A program made the translations under genes and the position numbers. The notes under the pieces are model-generated. The model saw only the letters and a program-made list of their open reading frames with translations. It was not told the DNA's origin and searched no databases. 64,000 nucleotides of DNA from a virus, in the IMG/VR virus record IMGVR_UViG_3300027971_000039, positions 21,828 to 85,827 of that record. One strand, 5' to 3'. Positions 18,651 to 29,200 of the stretch are shown in pieces (the first letter of the stretch is position 1; each line of letters begins with the position of its first letter).

Positions 18651-21600
18651 TATCTATATGCCCTTGTACTGAATGTTTTACCAGTAAGGGTAATACCAAA
18701 TAATGCATATTGTTCCCTTGCTGTATTGTGAGTAAATTTGACATTTAAATAACGACATCTTTGACAATTAGCAGGAACAATTGTACGGAATGGAACAGAG
18801 TTAGATACTCCACCAAAGAAGTTTCCACCAAACTCGTCGTGCCCAAACAAACCAGATCCACTTCCAGTAAACTCAATATCAACGAATGCAGGTAGAAGAT
18901 CGGTTGAGAAACTGAGTTCAGCAGATGTAAATGCTTTACTTGCAAACATTGCTGTTGCTTCGCGAATTTGCTTGTATGATAGCGGATCACCGAATGTATT
19001 AGGAGCGTACACTACAGACGATGTAATTGCGTTATAGACGATAATAGGCCCTTGAACGAAATCAAGAGTCTTATTAAGTGTAACTTTTTTGAAAATATAA
19101 TCAACTGAAACAATTACAGCCTCTTGTAAAGCAGTTCCTTCAATTGGTAAATAGTTAGAGAATGCAATATTTGGATCTGAATTAAGCTTGTCGATGATTT
19201 TATTATAACAAGCAGCAATATCATCAAAGTCGTTATCTCTTGTAGACCAAGTTCCGCCTGTTGTAAAAGAAATCAATCCAATTGGAATACTGAATGTATT
19301 AGGATTAATTACAGTAACTTCATGGTTACCGTTAATGTCTGGATATGCAGTTGCTCCAACAATTGTAACAATCCGCCCTGAAATAAGTCCATGTGCAGCT
19401 GAAGTTATTTGTGTTGGTGAGGTCAATGTTGCAGATGTAACTGAGCCAGATTTTCCATCAATTGTAGAAAAAAAGTCACTAATAGATACACCAACATCGG
19501 CATCTAACTTATTAGCTAAAGCTACAATTTTGGTTCTAAGATTATCACCACCAACAGCTTTTAGTGTTGAATAATAATCAGTATCTGCAACACCAGGGTC
19601 TGCATCTAGTTTATTCAATAATGAATTAAATTGATAAACTGTTAATGTTTGAGTTTGAGTTAAAACATCACCGGCTTTTACGTTTGTGGTTGATGATAAT
19701 TTAATTACATCATTAAAATAGTTATTTACACCGATAGAGAAATCGTATTGTCTATCAGCATAATCTTCACGAGTAAATGATTTTCTTTCTTGCTCGATGA
19801 AAGATTCAGTTGGCAGTCCTAGATAAAGTCGGTCATCAACTGGATTTAAAACGCCACAGTTGTTTGTTTTTGTATATTTAGTCCAAGTTCCAGTTAATGA
19901 AGAATACCGGAAAGCTTGTGTAGCATATTGATCACTTGGTTTAGATACAGTCCAAACAAGATATGAATTATCTGACTCATATCCAATACCAAATGTTGCT
20001 GCTCTAAAATTAGGATAGTTTGCTGATTGTAAACGTAAAACTTCAGTGTCAATCGGACGTGATGCAATAGCTACACCAGATTCACTAGCAGTTGAAATAC
20101 CCTGAGTGGTCCAGCAGTACACTAAGTTTTGACTAACAGCAACAGAATCAGGCGCAGCTAAAATGCAGCTACTATCGAATAGAGCAACTGTAAATGGTTC
20201 TGTTTCAGCAGAAAGACGGTATAACCCATCTTCTTTAAATACGAAAAGAGAATCCCTTAGAGGGAAGATACGTAGAATTTCTTGTTCTTCTGATCCAATG
20301 TCAATAAAGTTACCAGTTACAACGTTGACTGGAACAGCTTCTGGTTGTTCAAATTTAGAATAATATACACGATTTTTTCTTGTGTAATTATCAGAGAACT
20401 CAGCTAATGTTGATTTAGTGTATGAGAAAGATGTACCAGCAACTGTAATTAGTGCTGTTGGAATTTTTAATTGAGTAGTAGATATATACTCAACAACATA
20501 AACACCATCAATATTTGGTGTAGAGTTACTATTAGAAATTACAATAGTGTCTCCGTTTAAGAATCCATGAGCAGCACCAAACGTTAAAAGAGTCATTCCA
20601 GACCCAGCGTCGGCAATAGCGCCACCGTTTGTTTTATTTGGTGAAATGTCTGGGCTAAAGGAAACACCGGTAGCTGCGTTGTTAGTGGTTAAATAGAATG
20701 GATTATCAACGAATACTGTACCTTCTAATAAAAATAGTCCGGGGTTTGTACCAGAGTAATATGCATAAGTGTCAAATCCAACCGATGGATTATCTACTTG
20801 ATCTGCTGTATTTCTGTTTAAAACACGAATAAAACTTAATGTTGCTTCTGCTGTTGCAACAGAAGGAAGGAGTAAATCATTGCTTGAAATAACAGCAGTT
20901 CTACCAGAAACACTTTCACCAACCCCAGCGGTTGTTACAGACGAACTAAAGCCAATTAATCCAGCACCAAAACTAATAGAACTAGCAGAGCCATCTACAA
21001 GGTAGTTTATTGTAACAATGTTTGTTCCAGTGTTATATGAACATGAGAAGTCATTAATTAAGGAATTAAGTGAATTAGCAATCTTTTGTCCAACATCATC
21101 TTGTATATTTGATGGAATATAAATTTTAATCAATTTTCTAGATCCAGAATCTGGTGCCAAATCTCCACCTAAATCAAACCAAACACGATATTTTGTTTGA
21201 TTACCCGCGCTGTTAATATCAAAATAATTTGTGGTTTGAACACCAACCCCAGGTGCCGTTAAAGGTGGGGTTGGTGGAACCGCGATTGTAACAACCCGTT
21301 TTACTCCACGAACAAATGAAATCTTACAGTTATTAAAAGATGTTCCATCTGAAATAATAACAGTTGGCGTGCGACTTGGAATAGCATCTAATTCATCTTT
21401 TAAACGCGCAACACCGAGTAATTCTAAATCACGTAATTGTTTTATTTTAGTGTTGGCGTAGAAAGTATATCCTTTAAATGTGTTAATGTCATACGCAAAT
21501 GGTGGGTAGTCATTCGGTTTAGCATCCTCACCACCGGATGTATTAACGTTTGTATAAAGGTTTTCTTTGTTTAAGAACGCAGAAGGAACGTTGTCATTGA

Positions 21601-23347
21601 TAGTTAATGTATTATCAGATGATTTCAATGCTGGATCATAATAATTCTGTAGTACAAGACGATAATCTACAGGCGGTAGTAAGTCTTCAAGAGGAGAAGA
21701 AAAGAAAGCATTAACTTGAGTGGTTTCAGTGCGGTAAAGTTTGTAATAATAACTTGAATCAATGTTGTGTGGAACAGTGAATTCTAAGTCAACAGATGCT
21801 TTTGTAGTTAAAGAAAAGCTAGAAAGACCAATTGATGTTGAATAAGCACTATTAATAACATTGGTTGATTCTGCTTTTAGTCTAGAAATAATAGCAGATA
21901 GATATGTTTGTTGAGCAAATAACTGAGCACCAGTGCCACGAACGTCAACAATTCCAGTGTCTTCTGCTGCAACAATTTCAACAGGTTCTGTAATAGAACG
22001 GTATTTATTGCTTTCAATTTTAGCAAGCCCTAAACTATCAACAGCAACACTCCAAATACCAGTAGTACCAGCAGCAGATACCGATCCCGATGCAACAGAA
22101 ACGGTAAATGTTGTAGGGGATTTAACTGTTGCTGTTAATGTTGTGTTTAAAGAAGGATATGCCGTGTTTTGTATAACTACTTTTTGTTGATCTGTTAAAC
22201 CATGTGCAACGGTTGTTGTTATTGTTACAACACCACTAACATCCGCAGTGTGAGAAGCAATTACGCCACTGATACCCAACGGATTTGAGATCGTATAGTC
22301 TCTTGCTGTAAAGGTTACAGAACCTGCTGTAACAGATGCAACTGTTTGATTACCATTAATATTTGTGATAGGTAAGTTATTAGATTTAAAATCAACCAAA
22401 TTAATTTTATCACCAACAGCAAAATAATCCGCCGGAACTACAAACGTAGATAAAAAATTAACTGTAATAATCCCGCTTGATGCTGTAACTGTGTTAATAT
22501 TTAATGGTTCATAGGCGGTAGCACCAGTTCCAGTGTCGTTAGCAAATAAAAGATCTTCGTCAATTTTTTTAGCCAACGCAATCATTTTTGATCTAAGATC
22601 AATTGCATTGGTTTCGTTTGTAACTTTTAAAGTGGAATAATAATCACCTGAATTAATTACACTGTTTGCACTAGAAAGATTATCTAATGTATTTAACAAA
22701 CGGTTAAAGTCCATTTGCAATAACATTTTAAGTGGGTTATATACAACAATTCGTTCAGACGGAGTTCCAAGAATTTCAACGTTGTTAGCGTCAATCTTAC
22801 CCCAAACAAGTTTGTAAGCAACTGTGCTGTTTTCTGTTAGAAAAGATTCTTGATCGCCGAATGTTGTATTTAAACGTGCCTGAAGATCTAACGCTTTAAT
22901 TCCACCTGCTGGAGTAATGTAACCAGATGCGCTTGTAAATTCAGAGGAACTAGCAGCTGAAATCTTTTTAATACCTTCATTTGTTGTAAAATAGAAGTTA
23001 CCGTTTTTAGCTTGACTATATTTAATTCTTAATCCGGCTTCAACTTCTGTGAAGGAGCCTGAGAATTCAGTGAATTTAGCTTCACCGCTGTTTAGCACTC
23101 CGTCTTGATACGCAATTTTATCACCATAATGACGTAAAATACGCTGACGATAAATAGCCAATTGTTTAGCTGTTTGTAATGAAGGGATCTCTTCACCAAA
23201 TAAAGCATATCCACGACGAGATTCAATAACATCATCACGACGAATAATGACGTTATTAGCCTCAACGAGAGAACCCGGAGGTAGTTCCAATGCATTAGGG
23301 GAGAAATTTAGACCAAGTGCCTTGAGGTTAACAGTTGAAGAAGCCAT
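18650..23347 (-). CDS. tail nozzle/stabilization protein with inserted beta domains
   Basis: 1565 aa; N-terminal EANNVII...IESRRGY, central NRVYYSK..QPEA...LFVFKEDGLYRL, C-terminal RYLNVKF; three AHG(L/F) modules. Confidence 0.7.
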   Translation of the reverse strand: MASSTVNLKALGLNFSPNALELPPGSLVEANNVIIRRDDVIESRRGYALFGEEIPSLQTAKQLAIYRQRILRHYGDKIAYQDGVLNSGEAKFTEFSGSFTEVEAGLRIKYSQAKNGNFYFTTNEGIKKISAASSSEFTSASGYITPAGGIKALDLQARLNTTFGDQESFLTENSTVAYKLVWGKIDANNVEILGTPSERIVVYNPLKMLLQMDFNRLLNTLDNLSSANSVINSGDYYSTLKVTNETNAIDLRSKMIALAKKIDEDLLFANDTGTGATAYEPLNINTVTASSGIITVNFLSTFVVPADYFAVGDKINLVDFKSNNLPITNINGNQTVASVTAGSVTFTARDYTISNPLGISGVIASHTADVSGVVTITTTVAHGLTDQQKVVIQNTAYPSLNTTLTATVKSPTTFTVSVASGSVSAAGTTGIWSVAVDSLGLAKIESNKYRSITEPVEIVAAEDTGIVDVRGTGAQLFAQQTYLSAIISRLKAESTNVINSAYSTSIGLSSFSLTTKASVDLEFTVPHNIDSSYYYKLYRTETTQVNAFFSSPLEDLLPPVDYRLVLQNYYDPALKSSDNTLTINDNVPSAFLNKENLYTNVNTSGGEDAKPNDYPPFAYDINTFKGYTFYANTKIKQLRDLELLGVARLKDELDAIPSRTPTVIISDGTSFNNCKISFVRGVKRVVTIAVPPTPPLTAPGVGVQTTNYFDINSAGNQTKYRVWFDLGGDLAPDSGSRKLIKIYIPSNIQDDVGQKIANSLNSLINDFSCSYNTGTNIVTINYLVDGSASSISFGAGLIGFSSSVTTAGVGESVSGRTAVISSNDLLLPSVATAEATLSFIRVLNRNTADQVDNPSVGFDTYAYYSGTNPGLFLLEGTVFVDNPFYLTTNNAATGVSFSPDISPNKTNGGAIADAGSGMTLLTFGAAHGFLNGDTIVISNSNSTPNIDGVYVVEYISTTQLKIPTALITVAGTSFSYTKSTLAEFSDNYTRKNRVYYSKFEQPEAVPVNVVTGNFIDIGSEEQEILRIFPLRDSLFVFKEDGLYRLSAETEPFTVALFDSSCILAAPDSVAVSQNLVYCWTTQGISTASESGVAIASRPIDTEVLRLQSANYPNFRAATFGIGYESDNSYLVWTVSKPSDQYATQAFRYSSLTGTWTKYTKTNNCGVLNPVDDRLYLGLPTESFIEQERKSFTREDYADRQYDFSIGVNNYFNDVIKLSSTTNVKAGDVLTQTQTLTVYQFNSLLNKLDADPGVADTDYYSTLKAVGGDNLRTKIVALANKLDADVGVSISDFFSTIDGKSGSVTSATLTSPTQITSAAHGLISGRIVTIVGATAYPDINGNHEVTVINPNTFSIPIGLISFTTGGTWSTRDNDFDDIAACYNKIIDKLNSDPNIAFSNYLPIEGTALQEAVIVSVDYIFKKVTLNKTLDFVQGPIIVYNAITSSVVYAPNTFGDPLSYKQIREATAMFASKAFTSAELSFSTDLLPAFVDIEFTGSGSGLFGHDEFGGNFFGGVSNSVPFRTIVPANCQRCRYLNVKFTHNTAREQYALFGITLTGKTFSTRAYR

Positions 23348-23361
23348 AGAACCTCATCGGG

Positions 23362-24663
23362 TTACATTCGTTTACGAGTTCCCATTTTACCATAACGAAG
23401 GAGTGAATGCCGAGCGGTAATTTTTTGTGGGCTTCCCTCGACGCGATCGTCCAGGATCGTTCCTTGTCTTGTCTCAATTTCTTGTAGTTTGGCGTTTGAA
23501 GCTTGTAAACCTTCAACATCACCAATAGCGGCTAGAATTCGAGCAGCTGTACGTTCTGCAAGTGTGTTATGGAGATCTGGTGGAATTTGAGGAATAATAC
23601 ATTCATTGGCAACACAGGCATAATCACCAATTTGAATATTGGCAATAGCTGGAGCGAAGTTATATCCATTTGAGTAGTAGGTATAAAGGTCTGTTTTTGT
23701 CACCTTGAAATAGTGAACATCTGTGGAACCTTCAACACGACTACCTACAGCCTGTACTGTAATATCATACGCATATGTGCGATGACCGGGCTTAGTTTGT
23801 AGGAAGTCGACCTGATCACCTACATTGAATAAACCTTCATATGTTGTATTAATTTTAAACCCAATCAAAGATTCGATTGAAAATGGATCAACAACAGTAG
23901 AAGGATCGGATGTAAAGGACGCGGTAATGTCCTTGTATGTAATTACAACAGTTGAACCGGATACAATCGCTGTTGTATTAGAGATAGAAGCAGCATTGAT
24001 TGCCGCTTGAAGGTTTGCAGCTGTTAGAGCCGCTGTCCCACCAATAGCAAAATCTACACCCGCTTCGAGAATGTAGATTGTTGGAGTGTTGCTTTGGTTG
24101 TTTAAGCTGATAACTAGCTTATCACCAGCAAGTGGATTTGATGCTAATGTAACATCTTGAGTAAATCCAGTGAAGAGGCGAGCCCTACTATCACGTACAA
24201 GCTGGTTTGGACGGAGGAAAATAAAGAAATTCAATTTTCCACTTGGATCGCCAACGACACTAGGAGTTAAAAGAATGTCATTGTTTTCCAAATAGAATTT
24301 ATGAATCGCTTGGTTGGCACCAATATTGCGTTGAAAAAATGCCTTATCGTCAGAAGAAATTCTGGTCATTTCAAAGTAATTACCAGAAGCATCTGACCAA
24401 AATAGATCGCGCAATTTCATTCCAATTGAACGATCTGGAATAGCATAACGGCTAATATTAGTGACAAGAGGCACCTGAACCCTGTACACAAAATATTCCT
24501 CGTGATATTGCATCACAGCAGGAACCTGACTAATAAACATTTCTTCGTTGGCAAATGCAAGAATATCATCTTCCGTAAAAGTATTTTGACTAATAGGAAA
24601 TAATATTTTACGCTTGACAGCTTCGATTAGTTTGTCTGATGTGTACCAAGGGGTAGTTGCCAT
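23362..24663 (-). CDS. head-tail adaptor (tail tubular protein A-like)
   Basis: 433 aa; LIEAVKRKI...DILAFANEE, IPQIPPDLHNTLA; upstream of nozzle. Confidence 0.6.
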   Translation of the reverse strand: MATTPWYTSDKLIEAVKRKILFPISQNTFTEDDILAFANEEMFISQVPAVMQYHEEYFVYRVQVPLVTNISRYAIPDRSIGMKLRDLFWSDASGNYFEMTRISSDDKAFFQRNIGANQAIHKFYLENNDILLTPSVVGDPSGKLNFFIFLRPNQLVRDSRARLFTGFTQDVTLASNPLAGDKLVISLNNQSNTPTIYILEAGVDFAIGGTAALTAANLQAAINAASISNTTAIVSGSTVVITYKDITASFTSDPSTVVDPFSIESLIGFKINTTYEGLFNVGDQVDFLQTKPGHRTYAYDITVQAVGSRVEGSTDVHYFKVTKTDLYTYYSNGYNFAPAIANIQIGDYACVANECIIPQIPPDLHNTLAERTAARILAAIGDVEGLQASNAKLQEIETRQGTILDDRVEGSPQKITARHSLLRYGKMGTRKRM

Positions 24664-25079
24664 TATGCCTCCTCAGATTCTTCTTCTTCATCTTCCTCTT
24701 CTGACTCACCTTTCATTGCTTTTAGTTTAGCTAGTTTTTCTTCAAGTTTTTTAATTTCAGACTCAACATCATCAGCAGCTTCAGCCATACCAGCTTCGCC
24801 GCTTTCTTCAGCTTCCATGTCTTCTAGTTGGCCTTCTTCTCCGTTTGGCATTTCACCAACGAGTTCTTTAGCCTTATCTAGACCTTTTTTAAGATCTTCT
24901 TTGCTTCCAGCCATGACGGATACTTTTTTAGCCATCATGTCTTTAAGACCAGAACCCATTTCAGACGACATATCGTCTTTCAATTCTTTAAGAACGCCCA
25001 TTTTGGCCTTTTGTTCAGCAGGACCAACTTTTCTAGCCTTCTTTTTTTCAAGCATTTTTAACATTTTTTCATGCATCAT
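24663..25079 (-). CDS. Lys/Met-rich then acidic hypothetical protein
   Basis: 138 aa ORF in operon. Confidence 0.7.
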   Translation of the reverse strand: MMHEKMLKMLEKKKARKVGPAEQKAKMGVLKELKDDMSSEMGSGLKDMMAKKVSVMAGSKEDLKKGLDKAKELVGEMPNGEEGQLEDMEAEESGEAGMAEAADDVESEIKKLEEKLAKLKAMKGESEEEDEEEESEEA

Positions 25080-25091
25080 AAATCACCAAAA

Positions 25092-25349
25092 TTAGCTAAA
25101 AGCTTTTCCACTTAAAGTAAAAGTACGTTGCAGTGAACCTGAACCACTGGTTGCAACAGCCGGAGCTGAATCACGGGTTGTTACACGTACAGCAGCATCA
25201 ACCAAACTACCCTGGCAAGAAGAAATGTAATTTGCAATTTTTGACATGGTTTCATCTGGGTTTACAACAGAAGGACTTAAACCAAGCTTATCATTAAGCG
25301 AGGCAATATCATCACTTTGTGCATCAATAACAATAACTAAATGTGCCAT
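25092..25349 (-). CDS. hypothetical virion protein
   Basis: 85 aa with GGAG RBS. Confidence 0.65.
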   Translation of the reverse strand: MAHLVIVIDAQSDDIASLNDKLGLSPSVVNPDETMSKIANYISSCQGSLVDAAVRVTTRDSAPAVATSGSGSLQRTFTLSGKAFS

Positions 25350-25352
25350 ATT

Positions 25353-25769
25353 TTAACTCCTAGATATTAATAATAAAATTATGGTGGCGAATTGTATTCC
25401 CGCGACCAGTATTGTCCATTTTGGAACAATCTTTTTAATAACTTGTACTTCCCGTATAACTTCAACTGGAACTTCAACAATCCGTTCAACTTGCACTTCT
25501 TTAATTATTTCTACGGGAACATTAATTCTTTTTTCAATCGTTTTAATAATTTCAATTGGCTTATCAACATAAACAATTTCTTTAATTTTTTTCTCAATGA
25601 TCTTTTCAACAGGAACTTCTATTCGTTTTTCAACAATACGCTCAACTGGAATTTCAACAATTCGTTCAACTTCTTTAATAACTTCAACTGGAACCTCGAT
25701 AATTGCCGGTCCAGAACTAAATTGTGTTGTTTGGGTGGGCTCTCCCCCACCTATTGTAATTTTTCCCAT
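25353..25769 (-). CDS. EVPVE-repeat protein with C-terminal TM
   Basis: Repeated (V/I)E(V/I)PVE(R/K/V)I units then WTILVAGIQFATIILLLI. Confidence 0.75.
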   Translation of the reverse strand: MGKITIGGGEPTQTTQFSSGPAIIEVPVEVIKEVERIVEIPVERIVEKRIEVPVEKIIEKKIKEIVYVDKPIEIIKTIEKRINVPVEIIKEVQVERIVEVPVEVIREVQVIKKIVPKWTILVAGIQFATIILLLISRS

Positions 25770-26260
25770 TATGATTTAAGTATAATAGTATATTGAACAT
25801 TTCCACCAGTTGGTGCTGAACTGCAAACAATTCTAAGTCTTTTTGAAATAAATTCTGTTACACTAGATGCATTAATACCAATTGAAGCTGGGGAAGAAAT
25901 TTCAGAACCTAAATTTGCCCAAACATCCCCAGTAACATCTGGGCTTCCTTGAACATAACACTTACCAGCAGCAGAAACGCCAACAAGTGCTTCTGTGTAT
26001 ACTTGAAATTTTGAATATTTATCCGCTCCAGGAATTGTTAATAAAACTGTACCGTTGGCTGTTGTTGGGGTGTGAGTGGGGGATAATGATGAATTGGAGA
26101 CAGCTGGATATGTAAGAACACTATCTCCATCTGTTGCATTAAGCTCAATAGCAAACTCAGTTGCAGATGCTATAATAACACGATTGGCTTCTTCAACCCC
26201 GTCGTAAGCACCAACAACACATTGACTAGCATCTAATTTTGTTTTATTTAAATTTGCCAT
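25769..26260 (-). CDS. virion protein with LDxxQ N-terminal motif and beta-rich C-domain
   Basis: Probable start MANLNKTKLDASQ at 26260. Confidence 0.6.
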   Translation of the reverse strand: MANLNKTKLDASQCVVGAYDGVEEANRVIIASATEFAIELNATDGDSVLTYPAVSNSSLSPTHTPTTANGTVLLTIPGADKYSKFQVYTEALVGVSAAGKCYVQGSPDVTGDVWANLGSEISSPASIGINASSVTEFISKRLRIVCSSAPTGGNVQYTIILKS

Positions 26261-26280
26261 AAATATACACAATATAGTTG

Positions 26281-29200
26281 TTAAACTGTGTTAGCTCTAA
26301 ATTTAATAGTGGCCCCAGAACCTGTGCTTGTTGATGTATATTGTATTTGCCCAGCTGAAGTTATACTAAAAACTACACCAGTATCATCGCCAATATAATC
26401 TTGGCTCATTTCCCAAGAAGCACCCTTTTGGATGCCTTTTAAAGTATATTCAGCGTAGGTTGAGCTACGTTCAACTGTTACAATAGCTTCAAATCCTCTT
26501 GTCACGGCATTTGCAAAAACAAAACTGGTTATATTAGCAGCAGATGACTGGTTATCAACTGCTGGGAAAGAAGTCTGATCAATATCACCGATAGATAGGT
26601 TTAATTGAATCCATTGAGATCCGTCATTACCAAAAAACTTATCTAAATCAGTATCATATATAACTAATCCAGAAAGATTTGTCAAAGCAATTCTTTGTGC
26701 AGTCGTCGCCAATCCAACACGAATTGATGTATTAGAACCAATTTCTATTGCAATTTCCGCATTAGATGTTGCTTTAGAAACTCCACCAATTTTTAATGAT
26801 TTACCTAGATAGTTTTCTGCTCCGGTATCTTCAATTGAAATACCCCAAGCATTTGTTGCATTAGAACTTAAAACGTTAGATCCACCATCTATTCTTAAAC
26901 CATAAAGATTTGTAATTGAAAGGCTTCCACCAAAATTAGCAACTAATCCTTTATAAAGATGTGCATCTGTAATTGTTCCACCTGCACTGGTAGAGTCAAT
27001 AGCCAACGCAGACAAATTCATCGAAACTTCTTCTACTAACGCCCCAGATGCAGCTGCTACTTGAGACACAAACCCTACAGAAACAGCACCTAAACCAACT
27101 GTTGTGTTTTTATTGTAGTCGTCGTTAAAGTTCATGAAACCGGCCATGTTATTTAATATAACATCGGTATTGGTAATCGCTGAACCTGCTTCCACTTCAA
27201 AAACCGGTCTAATAACGTTTCCTGAATCAACAAGACTTGGAATATTAGAAACTGTTGTAAATGATACGTTACTATTTAAAGTTCCACCATTAATATCAAG
27301 ACCAACTGGACGGTTTGTAATAGTGGCAGAACTTAAATCAACTTTTAAACCCGTGACATCTGTATATGTTCCAGTTGGAGCAAATGAAACACCCTCAATT
27401 GTTGTTGCATCACCAGAAGGAATTAGCTGCACGCTTCGGATAGTACCAGCATCACCCGTACCATCGTGTCTAAACGCAATAGCTTCTCCGGTGCAATCAG
27501 AAGATCCACTAGCCAAATAATGAGTTATATTAGTGCCAACTCCGGTATAGCTAGTTTGAGAATTATATGCATTAAAGTTAGTGGGAGCACTTGTCCCATA
27601 ACCATACACTTGAATTGGTGTATAATTATCAACTGGTTCATTTATTGGTGAGTTGACTTGAACAGCTGATAAATTAACTAAACCTATATTTGAGACAGAG
27701 GGACTTATTGATACAGAAATATATTCAGGAACACCAGCTGGAATTGTAAGAGAATTTTGTGCCCCAATTTGAAGAGAACCAACATCATCAAATGTATATC
27801 CTGGAACTTCGGTTAAAATACCAGTAGTTGAATCAAATCCAGCAAAATATGAAGCATTTCCAGTTACAGCCGCTTCTACTTGACCGACTGTAGCTGCGTC
27901 ATCAGCAGCAACACCATCTACAACGTTATTAATCTGATGAGTGCCCATGTTAAGAGCACCAGACATTGTACGTGTACCACTAGCTAATAAGTATTGAATG
28001 TGATCATCATTACCCAAACCACTTAATAGACTATGTGTTGTTGCTTCACCAGCAGGAGTATATAACTGAGTTCCACGGAAATCAACATAATCTCCACCAT
28101 TAACAGAACGAATCCTAGCTTGAGGATCATTTGTATATCCATCGGCTGTTTGAAATACAACAGTACCTAATGCAACAAATTCAGCAAACGGCAATCCTGA
28201 AAGACTAGTAATTTCGGTGGAAGCAGCGTTTCTTGCGTCTGTGACATTATTATATTGATTAATACCTTGAATACCAACTACAGGAGAATCCTTATCATTT
28301 GTGGCAAAAAAGTGAACTAGAACATAATCATTGTTTGTAACTTGTGTAAACTGCCAAGAACCACCTGTAAATTGATTGTAAGGTAGGCGTCCGTTTGCAC
28401 CTGTATAGCCAGCAGTTCCGCTGTAAATAACAGGGTACGCATCTGCTGGTTTTTTACGCCATAATTGTCCTTGGCGATATAAAACAGGAATTTGAGCTTG
28501 TGGTAAAATCTCAATTAATATATCTTCATCTCTAATTTTACCTTCATCTGCATCAAACTGTGCGTTTGCTGCAAGATTGCCAGTACCGTCAACGCTAAAG
28601 TTTTGTAATGCCAAACCACTTAAATATCTAGCACCAAAAACAGTATGAAGATAAGTGTGGGTAGCACCATCCATTGTAAGACCATGACGTTCTTCTGCAA
28701 AATAAGAACGGCTATTTGTATCGGTGTTCCAATAAACAATGGAAACTAGTGCATTGTTTTCAAATAATTCTGAACCTAATATTTGTGTAGAACTAAGTGT
28801 CCCAGAATCATTAAAATAAATATAATGATTACCAGCTAGATTAGGGATTTGGATACTTTGAGTTGTAGTTTTTGTAAACTTTGCACCCTTTACATAAAAG
28901 TCAAACGAAGCTCCAGTAGGAGCAATTGTAAAGGTTCTTGCTGGTGAGGTGTCGCTAAATGAAGTGACAGAATCATCTCGATTAGGAAATCCAGTAGGTT
29001 CTTTTGTAACTTGATTTTGAGAAACAAATCTATTAGCTAATTGATCTAATCCTTCAATAACATCGTCTGGTGCTGGTGCCCAGTCGGTAGGATTGGCTGG
29101 ATTATATTCAATTGTAACAGTTCCAACAATGTCTGTAGTTCCCGCTATCTGACCGATATTAACATCAGGCGAATCTAATGTTACAAAACTACCTTGTGCA

